The translations under genes were made by a program, and so were the position numbers. Below, piece after piece: positions 12,584-24,903 of a stretch of DNA of 34,760 nucleotides; positions within the stretch are counted from its first letter, which is position 1; every line of letters begins with the position of its first letter. Under the pieces are notes generated by a model, which saw nothing but the letters and a program-made list of their open reading frames with translations, had not been told where the DNA came from and did no database searches. Location: positions 1 to 34,760 of the IMG/VR virus record IMGVR_UViG_2563366879_000001. One strand, written 5' to 3'. Source of the stretch: a virus (lineage: Duplodnaviria; Heunggongvirae; Uroviricota; Caudoviricetes).

Positions 12584-13269
12584 ATATCCAATATTTACAG
12601 TATGTCCGCGAGCAACTCATGGTGGCTACCGCTGATTTGAGCGGAGCAACGAAAGGCCAGCTTGAAGCCTGGCTGGAGCATGCACAATTTGATACTGGTA
12701 CATACAAACGAAAGAAGCCACGCATTCTGGATGTGGTAACTGGCAAGATGATTACGCTGGATAATCCGCCGATTTCCGGTAAACAGTCGTACGCAAAAGG
12801 TTCATCTGTCGCCCTGGTCAGTTCTGTCGAGTTTTCAACCTCTTCATGGCAGCGTGCGATTTTGTCTCTCGATGAACATCAGAAAGCGTGGTTGTTGTGG
12901 AGTTACAGTGAAAATATTCGCTGGGAGCATCAGGTTGCCATAACGCAGTGGGCATGGAGCGAGTTTAAGGCGCTGTTAGGTACAAGAAAAATTGCCAGTA
13001 AGACACTGGAACGCTTAAAGAAGTTGATTTGGTTGGCGGTACAGGATGTGAAGAACGAGCTGGCAGGGCGTGAGACCTATGAATACCAGGAGCTTGCATT
13101 ACTGGTGGGAGTGACATCAAAAAACTGGTCTGAGACATTTACTGAACGCTGGGTTGCAATGAAGCACATTTTTCTACAGCTTGATAGCCAAGCTTTATTG
13201 CTTGTAACGAGAACACGTTCAAAACAAAAGGCGACATTTTCACGGCAAAATATTGCAAAACTGGATTAA
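12580..13269 (+). CDS. Putative late-gene antiterminator Q (not lambda-Q-like and not QuuD-like)
   Basis: 229-aa ORF from the ATG at 12580 with AGGAG ribosome-binding site. Called from position only: directly after rusA/ylcG, followed by a ~310-bp leader with two terminator hairpins and then the lysis cassette. I do not recognise the sequence. Confidence 0.5.
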   Translation: MNIQYLQYVREQLMVATADLSGATKGQLEAWLEHAQFDTGTYKRKKPRILDVVTGKMITLDNPPISGKQSYAKGSSVALVSSVEFSTSSWQRAILSLDEHQKAWLLWSYSENIRWEHQVAITQWAWSEFKALLGTRKIASKTLERLKKLIWLAVQDVKNELAGRETYEYQELALLVGVTSKNWSETFTERWVAMKHIFLQLDSQALLLVTRTRSKQKATFSRQNIAKLD

Positions 13270-13336
13270 AAAGCATATATTTCATGTAAATCTGATATTT
13301 TGCCAATGTTGTACGCACTGGCAGTAATCCAAATTC

Positions 13337-13375
13337 AAGCCCGAGGTTTAAAGCCTTGGGCTTTTCTGTTTCTGG
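13337..13375 (+). terminator. Rho-independent terminator in the late leader (candidate tR-prime)
   Basis: Hairpin AAGCCCGAGG-TTTAAAG-CCTTGGGCTT (one G-U pair) followed by the U-rich tract TTCTGTTTCTGG. Confidence 0.55.
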
Positions 13376-13450
13376 ACGGTGAGTAGCCTTCCAACCTACC
13401 CCAGTCAGGGTGTCTTCAGCTGTTGAGTTGATATTGCTTAACCCTCTGTT

Positions 13451-13476
13451 GCCAGCTACATGCTGGCTTTTTTATT
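13451..13476 (+). terminator. Second rho-independent terminator-like hairpin in the late leader
   Basis: GCCAGC-TACAT-GCTGGC followed by TTTTTTATT. Confidence 0.5.
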
Positions 13477-13578
13477 CCAGGCTTGCGGGGAGCATCAACT
13501 CCGTGCTTTGTCGTTAAATTACCCCGAGAGCCTGATTTCTGACATTTAACGTCCCGGCCTTTTGTCGGCGACGAAACA

Positions 13579-13896
13579 TTGGCTATTCATATGCACGAAA
13601 AAGAGAGCCTTGCCGGAGCGTTCTGGCTCGTTTTGCTGATCATCGCAGGTTGGGGCGGTCTGGTCCGCTACCTGATAGATGTGAAGCAGAGTAAAGCAAC
13701 GTGGAGCTGGATAAATGCTCTGGCTCAGATAGTGGTATCGGGATTCACCGGTGTTATTGGTGGCCTGATCAGTATCGAAAGTGGATTCAGCATTTACATG
13801 ATTCTCGCGACGGCGGGGATTAGTGGTGCGATGGGTTCGGTTGCACTGACGTACTTCTGGGAACGACTGACAGGGGTGAAAAATGCAAAATCTTAA
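13579..13896 (+). CDS. Holin (three predicted transmembrane helices; two candidate starts, Met1 and Met5)
   Basis: 105-aa ORF with three hydrophobic segments, overlapping the start of the endolysin gene. Not lambda-S-like in sequence; called from position and topology. Confidence 0.7.
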   Translation: MAIHMHEKESLAGAFWLVLLIIAGWGGLVRYLIDVKQSKATWSWINALAQIVVSGFTGVIGGLISIESGFSIYMILATAGISGAMGSVALTYFWERLTGVKNAKS

Positions 13897-14359
13897 TCCT
13901 CAGCGTAAAGCTTTCCTCGATATGTTGGCGTGGTCAGAAGGAACGGATAACAGCAGACAGCTAACCCGCAATCACGGCTACGACGTTATTGTAGGTGGTG
14001 AGCTATTCACGGATTACTCCGATCATCCTCGCAAACTTGTCACGCTAAACCCGCAACTTAAATCAACCGCAGCTGGACGTTACCAGCTTCTTTCCCGTTG
14101 GTGGGATGCCTACCGCAAGCAGCTTGGCCTGAAAGACTTCTCTCCGAAAAGCCAGGACGCTGTGGCATTGCAGCAGATTAAGGAGCGTGGCGCTTTACCG
14201 ATGATTGATCGCGGTGATATCCGTCAGGCTATCAATCGTTGCAGCAATATCTGGGCGTCATTACCCGGTGCAGGTTACGGTCAGTATGAGCATAAAATCG
14301 GTGACCTGATTGCCCGATTTAAAGAGGCTGGTGGGGTGGTAAATGAAGCTGACTTATAA
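13883..14359 (+). CDS. R: Endolysin, lytic transglycosylase (lambda R)
   Basis: 158 aa, ..NPQRKAFLDMLAWSEGTDNSRQLTRNHGYDVIVGGELFTDYSDHPRKLVTLNP..., near-identical to lambda R as remembered. Confidence 0.95.
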   Translation: MQNLNPQRKAFLDMLAWSEGTDNSRQLTRNHGYDVIVGGELFTDYSDHPRKLVTLNPQLKSTAAGRYQLLSRWWDAYRKQLGLKDFSPKSQDAVALQQIKERGALPMIDRGDIRQAINRCSNIWASLPGAGYGQYEHKIGDLIARFKEAGGVVNEADL

Positions 14360-14870
14360 GCTGGTTATCGCTACATTCTTCTTCTCTGTCTTCGGTGGAC
14401 TCGTCTGGTCAGTAAACCATTACCACAGCAAATATCAGACAGAAAAGTTACGTGCGGATAAAGCCGAAGGTGAGGCTGAATATCAAGGGAAAGTGATAGC
14501 TAATCAGGCATTCAACTTCAATCGATTCAATCAGGTTGCAGAACATGCCAACAGGCTTAATTCCCTGATCGATACCAGCACCGAAGAAACCGTAATCGAA
14601 TATCGGGAGATTCTCCGCCGTGAAAAAAGCTGTGATCTGTCTGTTCCTGCTGATGTCGCTGGTGAGCTGCTCGACTACGCGAACCGTTTACGTACCGGGG
14701 CAATGCACACCGATTCCGGTAACGCTGACGCAGCCAGTGATAGCACCGCTTCCACCAGTTCGTTGACGTATTGCCAGGCTGTTCTCTGGATTAAGCCGCT
14801 GCTGGCCGCTATTGAAAAAGCGAATAACCAACTGGCTGGTATACGTCAAATCGAGCAGGACCGAAAATGA
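14343..14870 (+). CDS. Rz: Inner-membrane spanin (Rz-like)
   Basis: 175 aa with an N-terminal transmembrane helix and a coiled-coil periplasmic domain; overlaps the end of R; contains an embedded +1-frame lipoprotein gene. Confidence 0.85.
   Translation: MKLTYKLVIATFFFSVFGGLVWSVNHYHSKYQTEKLRADKAEGEAEYQGKVIANQAFNFNRFNQVAEHANRLNSLIDTSTEETVIEYREILRREKSCDLSVPADVAGELLDYANRLRTGAMHTDSGNADAASDSTASTSSLTYCQAVLWIKPLLAAIEKANNQLAGIRQIEQDRK
14620..14766 (+). CDS. Rz1: Outer-membrane lipoprotein spanin (Rz1-like), embedded in Rz in another frame
   Basis: 48-aa ORF from GTG not in the supplied track (VKKAVICLFLLMSLVSCSTTRTVYVPGQCTPIPVTLTQPVIAPLPPVR): lipobox LVSC and a proline-rich mature peptide. Confidence 0.7.
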   Translation: MKKAVICLFLLMSLVSCSTTRTVYVPGQCTPIPVTLTQPVIAPLPPVR

Positions 14871-15241
14871 GTCTTATCTCTTTGTGCGGTTAAATCACTA
14901 AATATCCACGCACCAGGATAAAACTATGAAGCAATAAGCGGATATACCGCAGCCGATAGGCAATGCAGCAGTAGTGATGTTGCTCCGAGTCGCGTAATGG
15001 CGAACCTGTGTAGTGATGGGTAAGGGTTCACAGATAACAATAAGCTCCGGTAGGGCAGCTCGATCGCCAAACGCGTGCCGGTTATCAGCGGCGATGATGC
15101 GACAGCACTTTAAGGTCATGAGCGTGGCTACTCTGGGAAGTGGCAAAGAGTTACAGAAGCCATTCTCTCGGAGGCTTCGATGATGTTCTATGGGGCAATA
15201 ACATATCTTGATGGTAAAATCCCCATTTTAAGGGGTAGGGT

Positions 15242-15604
15242 ATGTTCAATTGGATGGTTGTACACGAAGAGTCAGTAAAAATTTTTGCTTCAGCACTTTT
15301 AACAGTTGGCTCAATAGTACTGGCTATTAGAGTTAAGAATCTTATCAGCCTGATAGCTGATGTTCTAAATGCGCATGAGAAAGCCATCGGCGAAATAAAA
15401 GAGATTAGTGAAAACCCAAAGTGGGACAATTCAAGGCGCTTAAGTGCTGCTGTTGATGCGGGGCTTAAAAACGGCATGGTCGTGGCAATAGAAAGGTTTA
15501 ACTCCAGAAAAGGTGCCGCTCTGCTTGTCATTGGGTTCGGTTCACTGGCTTTAGGCGGCGGACTTAACTTTGCACTTGGGATATTGACAAAAATTTATAG
15601 CTAA
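15242..15604 (+). CDS. Hypothetical membrane protein (one hydrophobic helix near each terminus), gene 1 of the AT-rich accessory block
   Basis: 120-aa ORF with a purine-rich ribosome-binding site (AAGGGGTAGGG) before the ATG. Hydrophobic segments FASALLTVGSIVLAI and AALLVIGFGSLALGGGLNFALGIL. No recognisable homology. Confidence 0.5.
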   Translation: MFNWMVVHEESVKIFASALLTVGSIVLAIRVKNLISLIADVLNAHEKAIGEIKEISENPKWDNSRRLSAAVDAGLKNGMVVAIERFNSRKGAALLVIGFGSLALGGGLNFALGILTKIYS

Positions 15605-15721
15605 CAGATCCGTTACCGGGCGGTTTGAGCTATATTCGTTACAAAGCATTACAGCAGGCATTCACTGAGTGTCTGTAATAATGATAAAATGTAAGCCACT
15701 ACAGCTCATTATGAGGTAATA

Positions 15722-16147
15722 ATGACTCCAGAACAGATTTCATTCTGGTCAATGGTGGCTACATTTCTATCTGCTCTTGCTGCTGCCGTATCAGCTTTCT
15801 TTACGTTCAAGACGGTAAACTCGTGGAAAAAAGAGGCAAAACATGAAGGGCAAAGGGAGTTCAAAAAGGCTGTTTATCATTACTATGAGATGGCTCAAGT
15901 GCTTCCTGATTTTGCTTTCAGACAGGATAGACAAGAGAAAAAAGATGATTTTTTAGCTTTTAAAAAAGCTAAAAATGATTGTTCTTATGCATGGGCAATG
16001 ACAGAAGGCTCGATCAAAAATCCTCAGGTTATTCGATTATGGTCCGAGTTGGAAAAGGCTCATCATGAATACATGTTAATCAGGCAGCCTATAACGATGG
16101 TGCAGGATAAAGCAGCAGAAATAATCAATTCACACTTCCTAAATTGA
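15722..16147 (+). CDS. Hypothetical protein with N-terminal transmembrane anchor, gene 2 of the accessory block
   Basis: 141-aa ORF, ribosome-binding site GAGGTAA. N-terminal hydrophobic helix (FWSMVATFLSALAAAVSAFFTF) followed by a charged, Lys/Glu-rich soluble domain. No recognisable homology. Confidence 0.5.
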   Translation: MTPEQISFWSMVATFLSALAAAVSAFFTFKTVNSWKKEAKHEGQREFKKAVYHYYEMAQVLPDFAFRQDRQEKKDDFLAFKKAKNDCSYAWAMTEGSIKNPQVIRLWSELEKAHHEYMLIRQPITMVQDKAAEIINSHFLN

Positions 16148-16392
16148 TTCAGTAAATTATCACTGGAGCCTCGATGTTCGCTATTGTGGGGCATTTTTAA
16201 TTTGCAACACTCATAAGGAAGCTCAGTGTCACCGTGTGACAGCTAATCATGCACTTGTTAGAGCCAGCGGGGAGCAGAGACAAACGGGGGAGGGCGAGCT
16301 TAAGGGTATGGGCGAGGCACTGGGGAAGTTGGGCCAGTTTTTACAGCATTTTGGCCTTACGATATTAATAATCAAATAACTAAGAGGTCTTT

Positions 16393-16785
16393 ATGCCATT
16401 TAATGTTTATTTTTTACAGGGGATAGCTGCTGTTACAGCAATCGCAGCGAATACCAGAAGTTTTACACGCAAAAATGATCCAAATATTTCTCCTGCAATT
16501 GTTGCTCTTACTAGGGCTGTTCATGAGACTGAGATGTATTTTAGAGATAGAATGCGCGGGAAAGAGCGTGATTTTGAACGTGAGGATGCTCTGTCAAGAC
16601 TTTGGTCAGATGCCGAAGAGCCGGTAAGATTAATCGAGCCACGCCTTTCAGAACTTTGTCGTTATAAAGCAAGATATTGGCTTTTCCCTGAAACATATAG
16701 CCGTGCACAGGTAATAGAATTACACATAACTTTAGAGGGTATGAATGCTGCTCTTCAACGTCTCCGTGATATACCTGCAGAGTAG
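16393..16785 (+). CDS. Hypothetical protein, gene 3 of the accessory block
   Basis: 130-aa ORF, ribosome-binding site AAGAGG. Preceded by a ~245-bp non-coding spacer. No recognisable homology. Confidence 0.5.
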   Translation: MPFNVYFLQGIAAVTAIAANTRSFTRKNDPNISPAIVALTRAVHETEMYFRDRMRGKERDFEREDALSRLWSDAEEPVRLIEPRLSELCRYKARYWLFPETYSRAQVIELHITLEGMNAALQRLRDIPAE

Positions 16786-16924
16786 TGATTGAAAGGCATA
16801 CCTAGAGACTGGTTAAATTAAAGCTTTACTGATAAGCAGCTTACTAAAGAACTTACAGCAATTGCAGATAACCATATAGAGAAGGGCTATTATCATCTAG
16901 GGTCCTTTTCAGTCATCCGAACTG

Positions 16925-17120
16925 TTACGGGGCGGAAGGCGCGCGGGTTTTCGCTATTTATGAAAATTTTCCGGTTTAAGGCGTTTCCGTTCTTCTTCGT
17001 CATAACTTAATGTTTTTATTTAAAATACCCTCTGAAAAGAAAGGAAACGACAGGTGCTTAAAACCAGCTTTTTGGCCTCTGTCGTTTCCTTTCTCTGTTT
17101 TTGTCCGTGGAATGAACAAT
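16925..17120. other. cos region: variant cosN (12-nt cohesive-end equivalent GGGCGGAAGGCG at 16930..16941) plus a lambda-identical cosB ahead of Nu1
   Basis: From 16942 onward (CGCGGGTTTTCGCTATTTATGAAAATTTTCCGGTTTAAGGCGTTTCCGTTCTTCTTCGTCATAACTTAATG...) the sequence matches the lambda left end as remembered. The 12 nt before it differ from lambda GGGCGGCGACCT at 5 positions. Confidence 0.75.
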
Positions 17121-17638
17121 GGAAGTCAACAAAAAGCAGCTGGCTGACATTTTCGGCGCGAGTATCCGTACCATTCAGAACTGGCAGGAGCAGGGAATGC
17201 CCGTTCTGCGGGGTGGTGGCAAGGGTAATGAAGTGCTTTATGACTCTGCCGCCGCCATAAAATGGTATGCCGAAAGGGATGCTGAAATTGAGAACGAAAA
17301 GCTGCGCCGGGAAGTTGAAGAACTGCGGCAGGCCAGCGAGACAGATCTCCAGCCAGGGACTATTGAGTACGAACGCCATCGACTTACGCGTGCGCAGGCC
17401 GACGCACAGGAGCTGAAAAATGCCAGAGACTCCGCTGAAGTGGTGGAAACCGCATTCTGTACTTTCGTGCTGTCGCGGATCGCAGGTGAAATTGCCAGTA
17501 TTCTCGACGGGATCCCCCTGTCGGTGCAGCGGCGTTTTCCGGAACTGGAAAACCGACATGTTGATTTCCTGAAACGGGATATCATCAAAGCCATGAACAA
17601 AGCAGCCGCGCTGGATGAACTGATACCGGGGTTGCTGA

Positions 17639-17664
<26 letters not shown>
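17119..17664 (+). CDS. nu1: Terminase small subunit
   Basis: 181 aa, MEVNKKQLADIFGASIRTIQNWQEQGMPVLRGGGKGNEVLYDSAAAIKWYAERDAEIENEK..., near-identical to lambda Nu1. Confidence 0.97.
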
Positions 17665-21344
<3,680 letters not shown>

Positions 21345-21364
<20 letters not shown>

Positions 21365-22664
21365 TCTCCCGCATATTGCCAGCATGGCCTTTAATGAGCC
21401 GCTGATGCTTGAACCCGCCTATGCGCGGGTTTTCTTTTGTGCGCTTGCAGGCCAGCTTGGGATCAGCCGCCTGACGGATGCGGTGTCCGGCGACAGCCTG
21501 ACTGCCCAGGAGGCACTCGCGACGCTGGCATTATCCGGTGATGATGACGGACCACGACAGACCCGCAGTTATCAGGTCATGAACGGCATCGCCGTGCTGC
21601 CGGTGTCCGGCACGCTGGTCAGCCGGACGCGGGCGCTGCAGCCGTATTCGGGAATGACCGGTTACAACGGCATTATCGCCCGTCTGCAACAGGCTGCCAG
21701 CGATCCGATGGTGGACGGCATTCTGCTCGATATGGACACGCCGGGCGGGATGGTGGCGGGGGCATTTGACTGCGCTGACATCATCGCCCGTGTGCGTGAC
21801 ATAAAACCGGTATGGGCGCTGGCCAACGACATGAACTGCAGTGCAGGTCAGTTGCTTGCCAGTGCCGCCTCCCGGCGTCTGGTCACGCAGACCGCCCGGA
21901 CAGGCTCCATCGGCGTCATGATGGCTCACAGTAATTACGGTGCTGCGCTGGAGAAACAGGGTGTGGAAATCACGCTGATTTACAGCGGCAGCCATAAGGT
22001 GGATGGCAACCCCTACAGCCATCTTCCGGATGACGTCCGGGAGACACTGCAGTCCCGGATGGACGCAACCCGCCAGATGTTTGCGCAGAAGGTGTCGGCA
22101 TATACCGGCCTGTCCGTGCAGGCTGTGCTGGATACCGAGGCTGCAGTGTACAGCGGTCAGGAGGCCATTGATGCCGGACTGGCTGATGAACTTGTTAACA
22201 GCACCGATGCGATCACCGTCATGCGTGATGCACTGGATGCACGTAAATCCCGTCTCTCAGGAGGGCGAATGACCAAAGAGACTCAATCAACAACTGTTTC
22301 AGCCACTGCTTCGCAGGCTGACGTTACTGACGTGGTGCCAGCGACGGAGGGCGAAAACGCCAGCGCGGCGCAGCCGGACGTGAACGCGCAGATCACCGCA
22401 GCGGTTGCGGCAGAAAACAGCCGCATTATGGGGATCCTCAACTGTGAGGAGGCTCACGGACGCGAAGAACAGGCACGCGTGCTGGCAGAAACCCCCGGTA
22501 TGACCGTGGAAACGGCCCGCCGCATTCTGGCCGCAGCACCACAGAGTGCACAGGCGCGCAGTGACACTGCGCTGGATCGTCTGATGCAGGGGGCACCGGC
22601 ACCGCTGGCTGCAGGTAACCCGGCATCTGATGCCGTTAACGATTTGCTGAACACACCAGTGTAA
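21345..22664 (+). CDS. C: Capsid assembly protease C
   Basis: MTAELRNLPHIASMAFNEPLMLEPAYARVFFCALAGQLG..., near-identical to lambda C. Start overlaps the end of B as in lambda. Confidence 0.95.
22059..22664 (+). CDS. nu3: Scaffolding protein Nu3 (in-frame internal start within C)
   Basis: An in-frame ATG at 22059 (MDATRQMFAQKV...) lies at the position of lambda Nu3, the last ~606 bp of C. Confidence 0.6.
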   Translation: MDATRQMFAQKVSAYTGLSVQAVLDTEAAVYSGQEAIDAGLADELVNSTDAITVMRDALDARKSRLSGGRMTKETQSTTVSATASQADVTDVVPATEGENASAAQPDVNAQITAAVAAENSRIMGILNCEEAHGREEQARVLAETPGMTVETARRILAAAPQSAQARSDTALDRLMQGAPAPLAAGNPASDAVNDLLNTPV

Positions 22665-22673
22665 GGGATGTTT

Positions 22674-23006
22674 ATGACGAGCAAAGAAACCTTTACCCAT
22701 TACCAGCCGCTGGGCAACAGTGACCCGGCTCATACCGCAACCGCGCCCGGCGGATTGAGTGCGAAAGCGCCTGCAATGACCCCGCTGATGCTGGACACCT
22801 CCAGCCGTAAGCTGGTTGCGTGGGATGGCACCACCGACGGTGCTGCCGTTGGCATTCTTGCGGTTGCTGCTGACCAGACCAGCACCACGCTGACGTTCTA
22901 CAAGTCCGGCACGTTCCGTTATGAGGATGTGCTCTGGCCGGAGGCTGCCAGCGACGAGACGAAAAAACGGACCGCGTTTGCCGGAACGGCAATCAGCATC
23001 GTTTAA
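22674..23006 (+). CDS. D: Head decoration protein D
   Basis: [52 protein letters not shown]..., near-identical to lambda gpD. Confidence 0.97.
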   Translation: MTSKETFTHYQPLGNSDPAHTATAPGGLSAKAPAMTPLMLDTSSRKLVAWDGTTDGAAVGILAVAADQTSTTLTFYKSGTFRYEDVLWPEAASDETKKRTAFAGTAISIV

Positions 23007-23061
23007 CTTTACCCTTCATCACTAAAGGCCGCCTTTGCGGCTTTTTTTACGGGATTTTTTT

Positions 23062-24087
23062 ATGTCGATGTACACAACCGCCCAGCTGCTGGCGGCAAAT
23101 GAGCAGAAATTTAAGTTTGATCCGCTGTTTCTGCGCCTCTTTTTCCGTGAGAGCTATCCCTTCACTACGGAGAAAGTCTATCTCTCACAAATTCCGGGAC
23201 TGGTAAACATGGCGCTGTACGTTTCGCCGATTGTTTCCGGTGAGGTTATCCGTTCCCGTGGCGGCTCCACCTCTGAATTTACGCCGGGATATGTCAAACC
23301 CAAGCATGAAGTGAATCCGCAGATGACCCTGCGTCGCCTGCCGGATGAAGATCCGCAGAATCTGGCGGACCCGGCTTACCGCCGCCGTCGCATCATCATG
23401 CAGAACATGCGTGACGAAGAGCTGGCCATTGCTCAGGTCGAAGAGATGCAGGCAGTTTCTGCCGTGCTCAAGGGCAAATACACCATGACCGGTGAAGCCT
23501 TCGATCCGGTTGAGGTGGATATGGGCCGCAGTGCGGCGAACAACATCACGCAGTCCGGCGGCACGGAGTGGAGCAAGCGTGACAAGTCCACGTATGACCC
23601 GACCGACGATATCGAAGCCTACGCGCTGAACGCCAGCGGCGTGGTGAATATCATCGTGTTTGACCCGAAAGGCTGGGCGCTGTTCCGTTCCTTCAAAGCC
23701 GTCAGGGAGAAGCTGGATACCCGTCGCGGCTCTCATTCCGAACTGGAGACAGCGGTAAAAGACCTGGGCAAAGCGGTGTCTTATAAGGGAATGTATGGCG
23801 ATGTGGCCATCGTCGTGTATTCCGGACAGTACGTGGAAAACGACGTCAAAAAGAACTTCCTGCCGGACAACACGATGGTGCTGGGTAACACTCATGCACG
23901 CGGTCTGCGCACCTATGGCTGTATTCAGGATGCGGATGCATTGAGTGAGGGTATTAATGCGTCTCCCCGTTATCCGAAAAACTGGAAGACATCCGGCGAT
24001 CCGGCGCGAGAGTTCACCATGATTCAGTCAGCACCGCTGATGCTGCTGGCTGATCCTGATGAGTTCGTGTCCGTTCAACTGGCGTAA
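23062..24087 (+). CDS. E: Major capsid protein E
   Basis: MSMYTTAQLLAANEQKFKFDPLFLRLFFRESYPFTTEKVYLSQIPGLVNMALYVSPIV..., near-identical to lambda gpE. Confidence 0.97.
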   Translation: MSMYTTAQLLAANEQKFKFDPLFLRLFFRESYPFTTEKVYLSQIPGLVNMALYVSPIVSGEVIRSRGGSTSEFTPGYVKPKHEVNPQMTLRRLPDEDPQNLADPAYRRRRIIMQNMRDEELAIAQVEEMQAVSAVLKGKYTMTGEAFDPVEVDMGRSAANNITQSGGTEWSKRDKSTYDPTDDIEAYALNASGVVNIIVFDPKGWALFRSFKAVREKLDTRRGSHSELETAVKDLGKAVSYKGMYGDVAIVVYSGQYVENDVKKNFLPDNTMVLGNTHARGLRTYGCIQDADALSEGINASPRYPKNWKTSGDPAREFTMIQSAPLMLLADPDEFVSVQLA

Positions 24088-24128
24088 TCATGGCCCTTCG
24101 GGGCCATTTTCTCTCTGTGGAGGAGTCC

Positions 24129-24527
24129 ATGACGAAAGATGAACTGATTGCCCGTCTCCGGTCGCTGGGTGAGCAACTGAACCGTGATGTCAGCCTGACG
24201 GGGACGAAAGAAGAACTGGCGCTCCGTGTGGCAGAGCTGGAAGAGGAGCTTGATAACACGGATGACGCAGCCGGTCAGGACATGTCTGTCAGCCCGGAAA
24301 ATGCGCTGACCGGACATGAAAATGAGGTGGTATCAGCACAGACGGATACCGTGATTCTGGATACGTCTGAACTGGTCACGGTTGTGGCACTGGTGACGCT
24401 GCATACTGATGCACTTCACGCCACGCGGGATGAACCTGTGGCATTTGTGCTGCCGGGAACGGCGTTCCGTGTCTCTGCCGGTGTGGCAGCTGAAATGACA
24501 GAGCGCGGCCTGGCCAGAATGCAATAA
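24129..24527 (+). CDS. FI: DNA-packaging protein FI
   Basis: MTKDELIARLRSLGEQLNRDVSLTGTKEELALRVAELEEELD..., lambda FI-like. Confidence 0.9.
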   Translation: MTKDELIARLRSLGEQLNRDVSLTGTKEELALRVAELEEELDNTDDAAGQDMSVSPENALTGHENEVVSAQTDTVILDTSELVTVVALVTLHTDALHATRDEPVAFVLPGTAFRVSAGVAAEMTERGLARMQ

Positions 24528-24538
24528 CGGGAGGCGCT

Positions 24539-24892
24539 GTGGCTGATTTCGATAACCTGTTCGATGCTGCCATTGCCCGCGCCGATGAAACGATACGCGG
24601 GTACATGGGAACGTCAGCCACCATGACATCCGGTGAGCAGTCCGGTGCTGTGATACGTGGTGTTTTTGATGACCCTGAAAATATCAGCTATGCCGGACAG
24701 GGCGTGCGCGTTGAAGGCTCCAGCCCGTCCCTGTTTGTCCGGACTGATGATGTGCGGCAGCTGCGGCGCGGCGACACGCTGACCATCGGTGAGGAAAACT
24801 TCTGGATAGACCGGATTTCGCCGGATGATGGCGGAAGCTGTCATCTCTGGCTTGGGCGGGGCGTACCGCCTGCCGTTAACCGTCGCCGCTGA
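24539..24892 (+). CDS. FII: Head completion protein FII
   Basis: 117 aa, MADFDNLFDAAIARADETIRGYMGTSATMTSGEQSGAVIRGVFDDPENISYAGQGVRVEG..., lambda FII-like. Confidence 0.95.
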   Translation: MADFDNLFDAAIARADETIRGYMGTSATMTSGEQSGAVIRGVFDDPENISYAGQGVRVEGSSPSLFVRTDDVRQLRRGDTLTIGEENFWIDRISPDDGGSCHLWLGRGVPPAVNRRR

Positions 24893-24903
24893 AAGGGGGA
24901 TGT

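Noticed and set aside
13270-13578. Possible tRNA genes after Q, as found in some lambdoid phages
   Set aside because: No cloverleaf-compatible segment seen (no acceptor stem or T-loop GTTC-type motif). The hairpins present are better explained as terminators.
14898-15146. 82-aa minus-strand ORF directly after Rz, at the position of lambda bor
   Set aside because: No signal peptide or lipobox and no resemblance to Bor in any minus-strand frame; the composition looks like a random open frame. Kept as a finding about the region, not as a gene.
15151-15531. 126-aa minus-strand ORF overlapping the 15242..15604 plus-strand gene
   Set aside because: The plus-strand ORF has a ribosome-binding site, two clear transmembrane helices and the same orientation as its neighbours. 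The minus-strand product is low-complexity and has no start context.
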